DNA of 64,000 nucleotides, from assembly GCA_951406725.2 (NCBI GenBank), contig OX597832.1, forward strand, positions 54,870,001 through 54,934,000, in the 5' to 3' direction. A model generated the notes under the pieces. It saw only the letters and a list, made by a program, of their open reading frames with translations. It made no database searches and had not been told where the DNA came from. Below are positions 24,535 through 37,730 of this stretch, piece after piece. The position numbers were made by a program, and so were the translations under genes. Source of the stretch: Octopus vulgaris. Lineage: Eukaryota. Numbering within the stretch: the stretch's first letter is position 1; each line of letters begins with the position of its first letter.

Positions 24535-24857
24535 AGGCGTGGTTGTGTCGTTAGACGCTTGCTTTCCAACCACATAATGCCGGGTTCAATCTTACTGTGT
24601 ACAAAACTCTGAGCAGATGTCTTCTACTATAGCCTCGGACTGACCAAATCCCTGTGAGAGGATTTGGTAGACGGAAACCGAAAGAAGAGAATCATATATA
24701 TGGAGTAGCTGCGTGGTAAGAAGCTTGCTTCCTCACTACATAGTTCCGGGTTCAGTCCCACTACGTGATACCTTCCGCAAGTGTTTTCTATTATAGCCTC
24801 GGCCCGAACAAAGCCTTGTGAATGGGTTTGATAAAAGGAAACTGAAAGAAGCCCGTC

Positions 24858-24901
<44 letters not shown>

Positions 24902-25065
24902 CTGTGTGTTTGAATTTATGTGCCTGCGTTTGTCCCCCCACCATCTCTTGACAACCGATGTTAGTGTGTTTTCGTCCCCGTAACATAGCGGTTCGATAAA
25001 AGAGATTGATAAAATAAGTACTAGTCTTACAAAGAATAAGTTCGGGATTGATTTGTCCAACTAAA
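24535..25065 (+). mobile_element. SINE-B, truncated copy followed by a near-full copy
   Basis: Family B motifs. Confidence 0.85.
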
Positions 25066-25199
25066 GATTAGTAGAGTTAGACGCTGGAATAACCGTATAA
25101 GGAATAAAAAATATCCGGTTTACTACAGGTATAATTACCTAATAACCCTAACCCTAACCCTAACCATAACTCTGGACATACATCTGCAAGCATATTATG

Positions 25200-25620
25200 C
25201 TCATAGGATACAGGCAATGACAAAGATAAACATGAGTTTATCAGGAATCAGATTTAAAATAAGCAGAAAATAAAAAATATTGATCAACAACAACTGACTA
25301 ATTGACAGCCGTTTCTGCTTCCGATGCTCCATGGTATTGCCATTGAAAATTCTGAAAATAATATTCATCATCTTTCGTAACACATCCGATCTGGAACATG
25401 GAGCTTCATCAGAGTGAAGAAAAATACATAAAAGAAAAGAAAAGAAGAGCCTCGAGAAGAAGAAGAAGAAAGACTTGATATATTTAAATCATACTATTAT
25501 GCATATGTTACGCTCCAGAAACGGCTGTTGGATGGGATAAGGTCTATTTGTATTAGAATGTAATAATCGATGTTAGTCAATTGTTGAACATCAATATTTC
25601 TCCATTTTCTCTTTATATAT
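25200..25620. mobile_element. Inverted Penelope-like terminal fragments with degenerate hammerhead
   Basis: Minus strand CTGATGA-AGCTCCATG...CATGGAGC...GAAACGGCTGTC (25412-25304); opposite-strand copy AGAAACGGCTGT...TTAGTCAATTGTTG at ~25517-25600. Confidence 0.5.
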
Positions 25621-25717
25621 AAATATATATATAAAAGTAAATAAATGGTACAACGAAGCACCGATATTTACGGGCTATTCTTTACTGGAAAGCAATAATC
25701 TCGTATTGCATTACTAT

Positions 25718-25774
<57 letters not shown>

Positions 25775-25785
25775 GTATATGTATG

Positions 25786-25835
<50 letters not shown>

Positions 25836-26495
25836 TGTATGTATGTATGTATGTATGTATATAGGCTTGTTAATATCGAACAATGGAAATGAGTGCTGAA
25901 CACCGCCTTGGTGGATAAAAATTCTTTATTTAAATATTAAGGCTACCGTTGGGATTATGTTAAAAGAAATCACTTAACAATTACCAAGACTAGCGCAGGA
26001 AATAATGGTGTGATAGGCTTGATAACTGCTGAGGAGTTTCTCTTAACATGATACAAATATTAGCCTTGACCCATAAATATCTATGTGTGTGGGTTTGGCG
26101 CGCATTGTCTAAAGACTGGAGCAAGTAAAAGTAGGGTGACTAAATTTATAACCCGTTAGCTGAAGATGTACTGAATGACGTTCGTAAAATATTTTAAGTG
26201 AATTGAAATATTCTCCATTTTTTTTTCTATGAAAAGAAACGTTGAAGCTAGTTGTATTCGTTGGCAACTCCCATCGAAAAGGGTAGAAAATTTTAGACTA
26301 ATCAAAATTAATTTCGCAGAATATATCGTTTTTATGTTTGGGTCAATTGATGTATGTATGTATGTATGTATGTATGTATGTATGTATGTATATATCCGTG
26401 TGTGTGTGTGTACATATCTACATATATATATATATACTTGTTCTACGTCCTCGCGTTGTTGTGTTTTCTCTTTGTGTTTTCATGTTTGGATTAAC

Positions 26496-26550
<55 letters not shown>

Positions 26551-26564
26551 CCCTAACCCTAACC

Positions 26565-26607
<43 letters not shown>

Positions 26608-26609
<2 letters not shown>

Positions 26610-26760
26610 GGGAGAGTTAACGAAAAAACAAGAGACGAAGACAGGTGGTGTACAAAACAAACAGATGTATTAGTATAACGCTCAGGAATAGAAAAAGTCT
26701 TTTACGTTTCGAGCCTACGCTCCTCTACAGAAAGGGACACAGAAAAAACAAGGAGAGAAA
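26608..26760 (-). mobile_element. Penelope-like terminal fragment, second copy of 14091-14290
   Basis: High identity to 14091-14250; variant hammerhead at 26734-26699. Confidence 0.65.
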
Positions 26761-27003
26761 TAAGAGTCAAAACTGCCCAAAACCACAGTTATTACTATTA
26801 CTCACTGGTGATCAATATACACATAGTGACAAGAGTATATTTAACCGCCAGTTGTTATACTCGTTGATGAGAACTAAGTGTTTATCACAGGGTTCAAATT
26901 CACGTGATGGTAAGTTGGCTTTTATATTTACTCGTGTCCTCGAATTCACCAGTGTGTGTATGACTGATAACCATAGTTCTGCGCAGTTTTGACTCTCATT
27001 TCT
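26756..27003. mobile_element. ~250-bp foldback element
   Basis: AGAAATAAGAGTCAAAACTGCCCAAAAC vs GTTCTGCGCAGTTTTGACTCTCATTTCT; inner pair CACTGGTGA/TCACCAGTG. Confidence 0.6.
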
Positions 27004-27094
27004 AGCAATCTTGTACACTGATTGCAAATTAATAATTTTACCTTTATGCTTGCTAGCCACTTATGTTATTATTTTTTATCAATAATGTCTTTAC

Positions 27095-27269
27095 ATATAT
27101 ATGTGTGTGTGTATGTGTGTGTGTATGTGTGTGTGTATGTGTGTGCGCGGGTGTGTGTTTGTGTATCTGTGTACAGAGAGATATACAGACAGACATATCT
27201 ATATCTATCTATATATATCTATATATATATTTATATATATATATATGTGTGTATGTGTGTATGTGTGTG

Positions 27270-27303
<34 letters not shown>

Positions 27304-27407
27304 CATATATACATATATTTGTATATGTATACATACATGTATATACATATATACATATATATATGTATACATACATATATATACATATATTCATATATAT
27401 GCATGTA

Positions 27408-27482
<75 letters not shown>
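27095..27482. repeat. Compound (TG)/(TA)/(GA) microsatellite
   Basis: Directly visible. Confidence 0.95.
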
Positions 27483-27484
<2 letters not shown>

Positions 27485-27485
<1 letters not shown>

Positions 27486-27815
27486 CATTCTTTGTAAGCC
27501 TAGTACTTATTCTGTCGGTCTCTTTTGCCGAACCGCTAAGTTACGGGGACGTAAACTCACCAGCAGTGGTTGTCAAGCGATGTTGATGGTGGGGAGCGAC
27601 AAACACAGGCACACACACACACACACACACATATATATACATATAGATATATATGAAGGGCTTCTTTCAGTTTCCGTCTACCAGGTCCACTCACAAGGCT
27701 TTAGTCGGGCCGAGGCTATAGTCGAAGACACTTGCCCAAGGTGGCACGCAGTAGAACTGAACTCGGAACCATGTGGTTGGTAAGCAAGCTACTTACCACA
27801 CAGCCACTCCTACGC
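27485..27815 (-). mobile_element. SINE-B
   Basis: Family B motifs. Confidence 0.88.
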
Positions 27816-27984
27816 CTATCTATGTATGTATGTATATATGTGTATATATAGAGATACATACATATTTATAAACATATATATATATTTACACACACACATG
27901 CATACATATACACATAGAAAGAGAGAGGGAGTGAGACTGATAGATTGATTGATAGATAGATACACACATAGATATATATATATA

Positions 27985-28350
27985 TGGAAGCACTCCGTCG
28001 GTTACGACGACGAGGGTTCCGGTTGATCCGATCAACGGAACAGCCTGCTCGTGACATTAACGTGTAAGTGGCTGAGCACTCCACAGGCACGTGTACCCTT
28101 AACGTAGTTCTCGGTGATATTCAGCGTGACACAGAGAGTGACAAGGCCGGCCCTTTGAACTAAAAGTACAACAGAAACAGGAACTAAGAGTGAGAGAAAG
28201 TTGTGGTGAAAGAGTACAGCAGGGATCACCACCACTCCCTGCCGGAGCTTCGTGGAGCTTTAGGTGTTTTCGCTCAATAAACACTCACAACACCCGGTCT
28301 GGGAATCGAAACCGCGAGTCCGCTGCTCTAACCACTGGGCCATTGCGCCT

Positions 28351-28352
<2 letters not shown>
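27985..28352 (-). mobile_element. SINE family C
   Basis: GGAGGCGCAATGGCCCAGTGGTTAG A-box, GGTTTCGATTCCC B-box, family tail. Confidence 0.92.
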
Positions 28353-28397
<45 letters not shown>

Positions 28398-28720
28398 ACA
28401 CACATACATACACACGCGCACACAACTCCATGCGCAACCTCATAGTGATACAGTTGTAATTATTAGAAATGAGGGAAACATAAGCAGCCACGCTCCAATC
28501 CGGTAACATTAAAGTATACACGAGGGACTTTCTTCCTCTGTTTGTTTACATCGATGTGGCTGGCGCTTGTTGGAGTGATTATTTAAAAATAAACCATTGA
28601 GGCAGTATCATATGACTTGTAAAATTTGGCGATCGTTGTGAAATGTAATTTAAGCTTTTTGCTAATGAATAGATATCGTGAAAATGTATTTTGTTTGTTT
28701 TGCTTTATCTTTTTTTTCTC

Positions 28721-28877
28721 AGGAGTGGCTGTGTGGTAAGTAGCCTGCTTACCAACCACATGGTTCCGGGTTCAGTCCCACTGCGTGGCACCCTGGGCAA
28801 GTGTCTTCTATTATGGGCTCGGGCCGATCAAAGCCTTGTGAGTGAATTTGGTAGACGGAAACTGAAAGAAGCCCGTC

Positions 28878-28909
<32 letters not shown>

Positions 28910-29340
28910 ATGATATGTGAAGGCGCGGCTGTGTAGCAAGAAACTTGCTTCGCAGCCACATGGTTCCGGTTTCGCCCAAAGTGTCACACAGTGGGGGCGA
29001 ACCCGGAACCGTCTTGTACTATAGCTTCGAGGTCGACTTTGTCTTTCCTCCTTTCGGGGTCGATTAAATAAGTACCAGTTACGCACTGGGGTCGATATAA
29101 TAGACTTAATCCGTTTGTCTGTCCTTGTGTGTCCTCTCTGTGTTTAGCCCTTGTGGGTAGTAAAGAAATAGGTATTTCGTCTGCCACTACGTTCTGAATT
29201 CAAATTCCGCCGAGGTCGATTTAGCCTTTCATCCTTTCGTGGTCGATGAAACAAGTACCAGTTACGCACTGGGGTCGATATAATCGGCTAGCCCATTTCC
29301 CCAAAAAATTTTCAAGGCCTTGCGCCTAGAGTAGAAATAA
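28721..29340 (+). mobile_element. SINE-B fragments followed by a SINE-A dimer
   Basis: Family motifs. Confidence 0.85.
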
Positions 29341-29589
29341 TTATTAATGGTTTTAGAATCCGCTCAAGCTGCCCTCTAACGGTCAATTGCTTCAAATATT
29401 TTAAGGCAAATTTCCCTTCTGGCGAATTCATTCACCAGAAACCTTTATAAGCTCTTCAGTTTCCCTTCTTAACACTTGAAAAGAAATGCAGTGAAAATTG
29501 AATATCATGGCTAAATTAAAGATGCGTTCGTTTGCATGAAAGCTTGTTTCCGTTCGTGGCGATGGAACACGCGTATTTCGCTCTAACGA

Positions 29590-29716
29590 TGTACATGTAG
29601 TGTGCGTATATTACATATGTGTGTGTGCGTGTTTATATATATATAGATGTATATAAATATATATGGATATATGTGCATATATATATACATGTATATATTA
29701 TACATATATGTATGTA

Positions 29717-29782
<66 letters not shown>

Positions 29783-29846
29783 AGTGCATTTGTGCAATGC
29801 ATACATTAATATATACATACCAATATATATATACATACCTATATAC

Positions 29847-29907
<61 letters not shown>

Positions 29908-29986
29908 AGTTAGTCGGTGTTTAACTTCTTGTGTCTCTTTTAGGGTACACATCCGTGTGTGTGAATCATTTAAAGAACAGATTGAT

Positions 29987-30053
<67 letters not shown>

Positions 30054-30136
30054 GACAAACATATTCACACACATACATATACACAGACATACATCTTACA
30101 TATGGATTTATAAATATACATGCATATATATGTGTA

Positions 30137-30207
<71 letters not shown>

Positions 30208-30230
30208 CCGCATATCCATACATATTCATA
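29590..30230. repeat. (TA)n/(GATA)n/(CA)n microsatellites
   Basis: Directly visible. Confidence 0.93.
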
Positions 30231-30419
30231 TACGCACCATCATATTTATTAGTTTTCAAGTGACAAGTGATGTCGACCTCGCCATTGTAGACCTTCAAAC
30301 AAATTTTCACTTTTCCAATTAGTTCAATACTTTATCTTCAAGTTGATGACTTTCCTTTCTTACCTGCTCAGCAGTTGGAAGATGATGGAGCCTTCGTCAG
30401 TTTCGAAGACGACTAACTA

Positions 30420-31425
30420 GTAGTTCAATAAGTATCCGGACTATTTGCCCTTAGTAACGAGGCTAAAGCACGCAGAGTAAAGCCGTTGGGAAAAGATTGA
30501 TCTTTAACTCCGCAAAGTAAAGCCGCTTGGCAAAGATTGACCTTCAACTCTGCTGTGCATGCGCATTAACTTTTAACGTTCAAGCTCACTTCCGCTGTTT
30601 ACAGCAGTGTTTGGAAGGAACCTGTGTAGCGTGTGATTGTCGCATTGCGGATGATAGAGAAAGTAGTCATACAGATACCTGCTCAGAGGCCTATGCAAAA
30701 TTGCAGAAAGAGTATGGAGAGGAGTGGTTCAGACGATTCCAAAATGACCGAAGAAATGTCGATATTGAAGAACGTTTTGGGATACACGCAACCAGCAGAA
30801 CTGAGGAATACATCGCAGATGTGCGTGCAGCTCTGAGGGGAAATCACCGAACCACCATCCAGGAGTTATCAGAGATTGTGGCAGATTAGTTACGGTTCAT
30901 TTCAGTCAATTATCATTGAAGGTTCGGGTATGAGATGCGTGTCTACCAAGTTTGTGTCTACCAAGTTTGTGTCTACCAAGTTTGTGTCTACCAAGTTTCT
31001 GTCGACCAAGTTTCTGTCTACCAAGTTTGTGTCTACCAAGTTTGTGTCTACCAAGTTTGTGTCTACCAAGTTTGTGTCAACCAAGTTTCTGTCTACCAAG
31101 TTTCTGTCTACCAAGTTTGTGTCTACCAAGTTTGTGTCTACCAAGTTTGTGTCTACCAAGTTTCAGCTAACCAAAAAGACATTCGCGTTTCAGTTGCTCA
31201 GGATCTTCTATATTATGTCGAGAACGATGAAAACTTTCTGGAAACTTTGCGTAGGTTTCAGAGCAGGTATCGCCAAGCTTTTGGCCAAATTTAATGCAAA
31301 TTTTCTGCTCAACTTTCTTTGTCATTGTCAATGCGACGATCACACGCTACACACCTTCCTTCCAACAACTGCTGTAAACAGCGAAAGTGAACTAGAACGT
31401 TAAAACATAGTGCGCGCGTACAGCA
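30420..31425 (+). mobile_element. Mariner derivative, same family as 14915, with internal minisatellite
   Basis: TIR remnant TCAATAAGTATCCGGACT; SEAYAKLQKEYGEEWFRRFQ...TIQELS; right end is an inverted copy of the 5' region. Confidence 0.88.
30939..31163 (+). repeat. 15 x 15-bp minisatellite (G/C)TGTCTACCAAGTTT
   Basis: Counted from the sequence; expansion of the transposase VSAKF codons. Confidence 0.95.
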
Positions 31426-31643
31426 GTGTTCATGGTCAAGGAGACCGTCCAGAAGAGTTGCAGGAGATTCCTAAGTCTTCTGGAGGCCGTAGTTGAAGCC
31501 AATGGCGATTTTATTGAAGAAATTTACTCTTTAGTATTTCAAGATATATTTATGCAATTTTGGTTAATATATCTGTTAAAATGGGCTGTCAGTGTTATTT
31601 TCATTTTTGCGCAATTTAGACGACAGTTTATTCCCCGCACCTT
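31426..31643 (+). mobile_element. Tc1/mariner superfamily 3' end
   Basis: [27 protein letters not shown] is a typical transposase C-terminus; TIR-like end before TA repeats. Confidence 0.7.
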
Positions 31644-31648
31644 ATGTG

Positions 31649-31736
<88 letters not shown>

Positions 31737-31749
31737 CATATATTTATAT

Positions 31750-31837
<88 letters not shown>

Positions 31838-32008
31838 CTGTATACATAGAGAAGAACTCCCCTTTCAGACACATGAGATATAACGGCCAAAATATAAACT
31901 TCAACGGCCAAATTCTGGCTGTAAAGTTTTATAAACATAAGCTGCCCACCATAGAATGAATAGTATTGATGTCAATGGCAATCCACATGAAGAAGATGAC
32001 GCTGATGA

Positions 32009-32075
<67 letters not shown>

Positions 32076-32622
32076 GTATATATATATGTGGCTGAAGTCT
32101 CATCTTGCCCCCAGTCAAGATTGGTTTTAGTACCAATACAGGAATTATATTTCGTGTTATCACTTCGTTGTAAACTGAGAACTCCGATTGTCCTATTATC
32201 TTTGTTGGTGTATAGTATTTCCTCTCCTCACGTTCTTTGTTGATATACGTAGCATTTATCGTCAGACATTGAGTGGGGGGGGGAAACCAGGTCATTAGTA
32301 ATTCGCTGCCGACTGTTTTTTTTTTTTTCGTTATTAAACCTATTCTGAGAAATAGAAACATGAGACAAATGCACCAGCGGGATTTGAACCACAGATCAAT
32401 CACCTGCCGGGCGACCACATTCCCGATTGAATTACAGAAGGCTGCTATTTCGCTCTTCTCAATTTAGATTTTGTAATTGAATTTGTGTTACATTCAGGGG
32501 ATTAAATAGAAATAACTAGCTTCTGTCACAATTGATGAGAAGAAATGACAGCCGTGATATAATGTTATCGATAAAACCTTCTCTGACTGAAATTGCTTGT
32601 TTTTCATGCTCAATAGTATTTT

Positions 32623-32920
32623 CAGTAATCCCTTACCATATTGCAGTTCACCTATCGCGGTTCACCTATCGCGATTCACCTTTCGCGGTTCACCTTTCGC
32701 GGTTCACCTTTTGCGGTTCACCTTTCGCGGTTCACCTATCGCGGTTTATTATTTAAGCCGACGTCGATTGTTCCGTGGTGTTGTTTTGCAATTTATAATA
32801 AACTAAATATATACAAATTAAAAAAATAATTTTAAAAGATATACAGTATTGTATATTTTTACCTATCGTGTGAGGCGGGTGAGTTTGAACGTAACACCCG
32901 CGATAATCGAGGGATTACTC
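32623..32920. mobile_element. Tigger/pogo-like MITE with 7 x 14-bp subterminal repeat
   Basis: CAGTAATCCCT.../...AGGGATTACTC-TA termini; GCGGTTCACCT(A/T)TC array at 32643-32746. Confidence 0.7.
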
Positions 32921-32933
32921 TATATATATATTT

Positions 32934-33100
32934 AGCGCAGTCGTGGCTATGTGTTAAGAAGTTTGCTTTCAAACCATATGGTTCTGGGTTCAGTCTCAAT
33001 TCGTAGAGCCTTGGGCCAGTGTCTTCTGCCATAGTCCCGGGCTGACCCAAGTCTTGTGAGTGGATTTCGTAGGCAGAAACTGAAAGAAGCTCGTCGTTCG
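32934..33100 (+). mobile_element. SINE-B 5' part, diverged
   Basis: Family motifs. Confidence 0.75.
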
Positions 33101-33914
33101 TCGCACGCGTGTATGCATACATATATATATATTTCTTTCCAAATTCAAGAATATTTGCTTTGCATTTTGGGCCAGAAAACACACTTGAACTTCGAAATCA
33201 TTTTTTGAAGTCAATAATTTCATGTGAATTTGGTTGAGCAGAAGAGACATCAGAAAGAAATGGATTTATTACCCAATCAGGTACTTTAAGATCAGTGAAA
33301 TCTTATCATTAATTCTTCTTTCAGAGTCTGCAGGTAAGAAGAATAGCAACGTATATCCGTATCTAATATAAAATTGCTATCATTGTTTTCTATTATGCGC
33401 AGGCTCGGAAACAGTAAAAAAAAAAAAATCTCTCTTCGATAATCTCTCTTTGTTGAAGGATAATTTGCTGATAAATGCATTCATAATTCTCTTAGCGTTA
33501 ATTAAGTTCATATTATTTCCTTGCAACTTAATGTTAACCTAATTTAATTTAGCGAAAATATCGGAAAGGTATACAACGTCAACTCTTTTGTTGCTTAGTT
33601 ATTATACATGTCTTCATCGTATGAATTAAGAAATTCAGAAACAGTATCAAAGAAATCATAAAAATGCTTCAATCAAATTTCATTCGAAAGCCATCATCCA
33701 CCAGTATGAAGCAACAGACGCCTAAAATGGTTCTTCTTTATCGTGGCAAATCTTCCGAAACAGACGATCATTCAGTGAATAGGTCTACGTTTTATTAACT
33801 GTTTTAATTATGTTATTCAACGTGAAATGAATGCATCCTACCGCTAAGATACCTTGCAGCCAAAAGTTTTCCATGAATAACACAGTGAGCTGTAAATCTA
33901 TATATATAAAGCTG

Positions 33915-34522
33915 TAAAATGGCGGCGAGCTGGCAGAAACGTTAGCACACCGGGCGAAATGCTTAGCGGTATTGCGTCTGTCGTTGCGTTCTGAGTTCAA
34001 ATTCCGCCGAGGTCGACTTTGCCTTTCATCCTTTCGGGGTCGATAAATTGAGCACCAGTTACGCACTGGGGTCGATGTAATCGACTTAATCCGTTTGTCT
34101 GTCCTTGTTCGTCCTCTCAGTGTTTAGCCCCTTGTGGGTAGTAAAGAAATAGGTATTGCGTCTGTCGTTACGTTATGAGTTCAAATTCCGTCGAGGTCGA
34201 CTTTGCCTTTCATCCTTTCGGGGTCGATAAATTAAGTACCAGTTACGCACTGATGTCGATGTAATCGACTTAATCCGTTTGTCTGTCCTTGTTCGTCCTC
34301 TCAGTGTTTAGCCCCTTGTGGGTAGTAAAGAAATAGGTATTGCGTCTGTCGTTGCGTTCTGAGTTCAAATTCCGTCGAGGTCGACTTTGCCTTTCATCCT
34401 TTCGGGGTCGATTAAATAAGTACCAGTTACGCAGTGGGGTCGATGTAATCGACTTAATCCGTTTGTCTGTCCTTGTTCGTCCCCCTCTATGTTTAGCCCC
34501 TTGTGGGCAATAAAGAAACACA
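33915..34522 (+). mobile_element. SINE-A trimer with 16-bp TSD
   Basis: TATATATATAAAGCTG at 33899-33914 and 34523-34538; three cores; terminal GGGCAATAAAGAAA. Confidence 0.93.
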
Positions 34523-34591
34523 TATATATATAAAGCTGAAGTTGTGTGTGTGTGTGTGTGTGTGCGTGCGTGTGTGTGTGTGTATGTGTGT

Positions 34592-34642
<51 letters not shown>

Positions 34643-34924
34643 AGGTTCGGTAGCCTTCAACTAACACTATCTCCTCCGAGACCCTGTGGCGCAAGTTGAC
34701 CAAAATTGAGAGTATGATAGAAGAAGGCTTGCAGATAGACGAAAAGGTGCTGAGTACTTTGCCCGTCATGCTAACGATTCTGCCAAGCTCGCTGCCTCAA
34801 TAATAGATTTCAAAATTTGGCACAAGGCCAGCAATTTCAGGAGAGGAGGGCAGTCAATTATATCGACCCCAGTTTTCAATCTGTACTTATTTTATCGACC
34901 CCGAAAAGATGAAAGGCGGAATTA

Positions 34925-35318
34925 GAACATCTGCGATGTTTTCTTCAATTCTGCTGGTTGCCAGTCTCCCAGAACCTTTGTCACCATCGACTTTTTCTCG
35001 GCCATCTTGGAAATGTCTGAACCACTCGTACACTTGTATGTGGTTCATATACTTCTCTCCATACGCTTTCTGCAATTTTGCATAGGCCATGAGCAGGTAT
35101 CACCATGGCAACTTTCTCTGTCATGGTCAATGCGACGATCACACACGACACACCTTCGTTCCAAGCCATGCTGTAAACAGCGGAAGTGAGCTAGAACGTT
35201 AAAACTTAATGCGCATGCACATCAGAGTTGAAGGTCAATCTCTGCTAAGCGGCTTTACTCTGCGTTCTTTAGCCTCGTTACTATGGCAGCAGTCCGGATA
35301 CTTATTGATCAGACCTAG
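34925..35318 (-). mobile_element. Mariner 5' fragment with intact TIR
   Basis: TA-CTAGGTCTGATCAATAAGTATCCGGACTG; AYAKLQKAYGEKYMNHIQVYEWFRHFQDGRE. Confidence 0.88.
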
Positions 35319-35363
<45 letters not shown>

Positions 35364-35574
35364 AAGTATATACATATATACAGGAATTTGTGTGTGTGAG
35401 TAAGCTGTGTGTGTAGTGTCAAACACATTTTATGAATCAGTGGTTTAAGCTTGGTCAGCGATAATGTTGGGTTTTTTTTTTATATTTGTATTTGTTGTGG
35501 TTCGTTAATTCTATGAGAGCCGAGAAGAGAATCCAAATCCGTTAATGGAAGGGCGACACATAAATAAATAAGGA

Positions 35575-35745
<171 letters not shown>

Positions 35746-35937
35746 AACAAACAAGCAAAATTCACATCATTGTGTTTGAAACAACAGGTTGTATATATGG
35801 TTCTATCACACATACACACACACACACACATACACTAGTACATACACTCATGCGCATAACCACACTCGCACGCACGCACGCACACACACTCGTACACACT
35901 CGTGAACACACATACATTCACATAGAAACAGAGTCAT

Positions 35938-35979
<42 letters not shown>

Positions 35980-36202
35980 TAACTCATACCCATGGCATTC
36001 CACAAGAGACATAATAACAATTACAACAGCAATGGCAAAACAATAATACAACACAGAAGTAACAGTAAAGACGAAGTTATCTGCCCTTTCCTATTAATCT
36101 GTGTACTTTTAATACTTCTGAGCTCATACATACAGGAGTAAACTAGGAGTTGTTTATCTCCTCGCAATGGCTGACAGTTGTGTGAAAAGATTGTCGACAT
36201 AT

Positions 36203-37130
36203 TGGCGAGGTGGCACAAACGTTAGCACGCCGGGCGAAATGCTTAGCGGTATTTCGTCTGCCGTTACGTTCTGAGTTCAAATTCCGCCGAGGTCGACTTT
36301 GCCTTTCATCCTTCCGGGGTCGATAAATTAGGTACCAGTTAAACACTGGGTTCGATCTAATCGACTTAATCCGTTTGTCTGTCCTTGTTTGTCCTCCCTG
36401 TGTTTAGGCCCTTGTGTGTAGTAAAGAAACGGTATTTCGTCTGCGGCTTCGTTCTGAATTCAAATTCCGCCGAGGTCGACTTTGCTTTTCATCCTTTCGG
36501 GATCGATTAAATAAGTACCAGTTACGCACTGGGGTCGATATAATCGACTTAATCCGTTTGTCTGTCTTTGTTTGTCCTCTCTATGTTAATCCCTTGTGGG
36601 TAGTAAAGAAATAGGTATTTCGTTCGTCTTTATGTTCTGTGTTCAAATTCTGCCGAGGTTGATTTTTGCCTATAAATCCTTTCGGGGTCAATAAAATAAA
36701 TGCTAGTGGAGCAATGGGTCCGATGTAATCGGCTAGTACCCTTCCGCGAGCTTATTAGCCTTGTGCCAAAATTTGAAGTCAATACTGACAAGAACACTCA
36801 GAGAGCGCAAACCTCAGCCAAGGCAACACCTACGTCTTCGCAATGATTAGTCCTTGTTTGTCCTCTCTTGTGGGTAGTAAAGAAATAGGTATTTCGTCTA
36901 TCTTTACGTTCTGAGTTCAATTTCCGTCGAGGTCAACTATGCCTTTCATCCTTACGTAGTCGATAAATTAAAGGACAAGTTACGTACTGGAGTCGATCTA
37001 ATCGACTTAATCCCCTCCCAGACATTTCTGGCTTTGTGCCTAGAGTAGAAAAGAATATTTTTAAGCAAATATTCTTTGTTATGCTGTTCTAAACAACGAT
37101 ATTTATATGTGGTATATTTTTACTCTTTAC

Positions 37131-37169
<39 letters not shown>

Positions 37170-37730
37170 GCTACTATGCTATTGTAACTCAGTTTGTGCT
37201 CATTAACAAATACAATTTATTTCTTTTCTTGCTACGATCGTGTAACCTCTGATAATGTAGCCTCGACCTTGTCACCAATATTTTAATTACTGTTAATTAT
37301 TTATCATTGGTTTCGAATTTTAACACACAGCCAGCAATTTCGGAGGGGGTTAAGTAGATTACACCGACCCCAGTATTCAATGGGTACTTATTTTACCGAC
37401 CCCGAAAGGATCAAGAGTAAAGTCGACTTTGGCGGAATTTGAACTCAGAACGTAAAGACAGACAAAATACCGCTAAGCATTTTATCCAGCGTGCCAACGA
37501 TTCTGCCAGCTTATTAATTAGTGATTTCAAATTTAGGCACAAGGCCAGTAATTTCACGGAGAAGGTCAAGTTGATCGACCCCTGTGCTCAACTGGTACTT
37601 AATTTATCAAGTCCCACGGGATGAAAGGTGAAATCGACCGCACTAGATTTTTTAACTCAGAACGTAAAGACAGAAGACATGCCGCTAAGTTTTATCCCCG
37701 GCGTGCTAACGATTCTGCCTGCTCGCCGAT
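36203..37730. mobile_element. SINE-A multimer (+, to ~37055) with a HINE fragment, and two SINE-A copies (-, 37305-37730)
   Basis: Family motifs. Confidence 0.88.

Noticed and set aside
25990-26280. CTGAGGA and CTGAAGA strings as further hammerheads
   Set aside because: No matching GAAA-stem III-NUH with stem I pairing was found by eye.
25145-26565. (CCCTAA)n as evidence of a telomere or chromosome fusion
   Set aside because: Only 2-4 units, interstitial; similar tracts are carried by MITEs in this window.
30939-32746. 15-bp and 14-bp arrays as CRISPR or repeat proteins
   Set aside because: Contiguous tandem units without spacers, lying inside transposon remnants.
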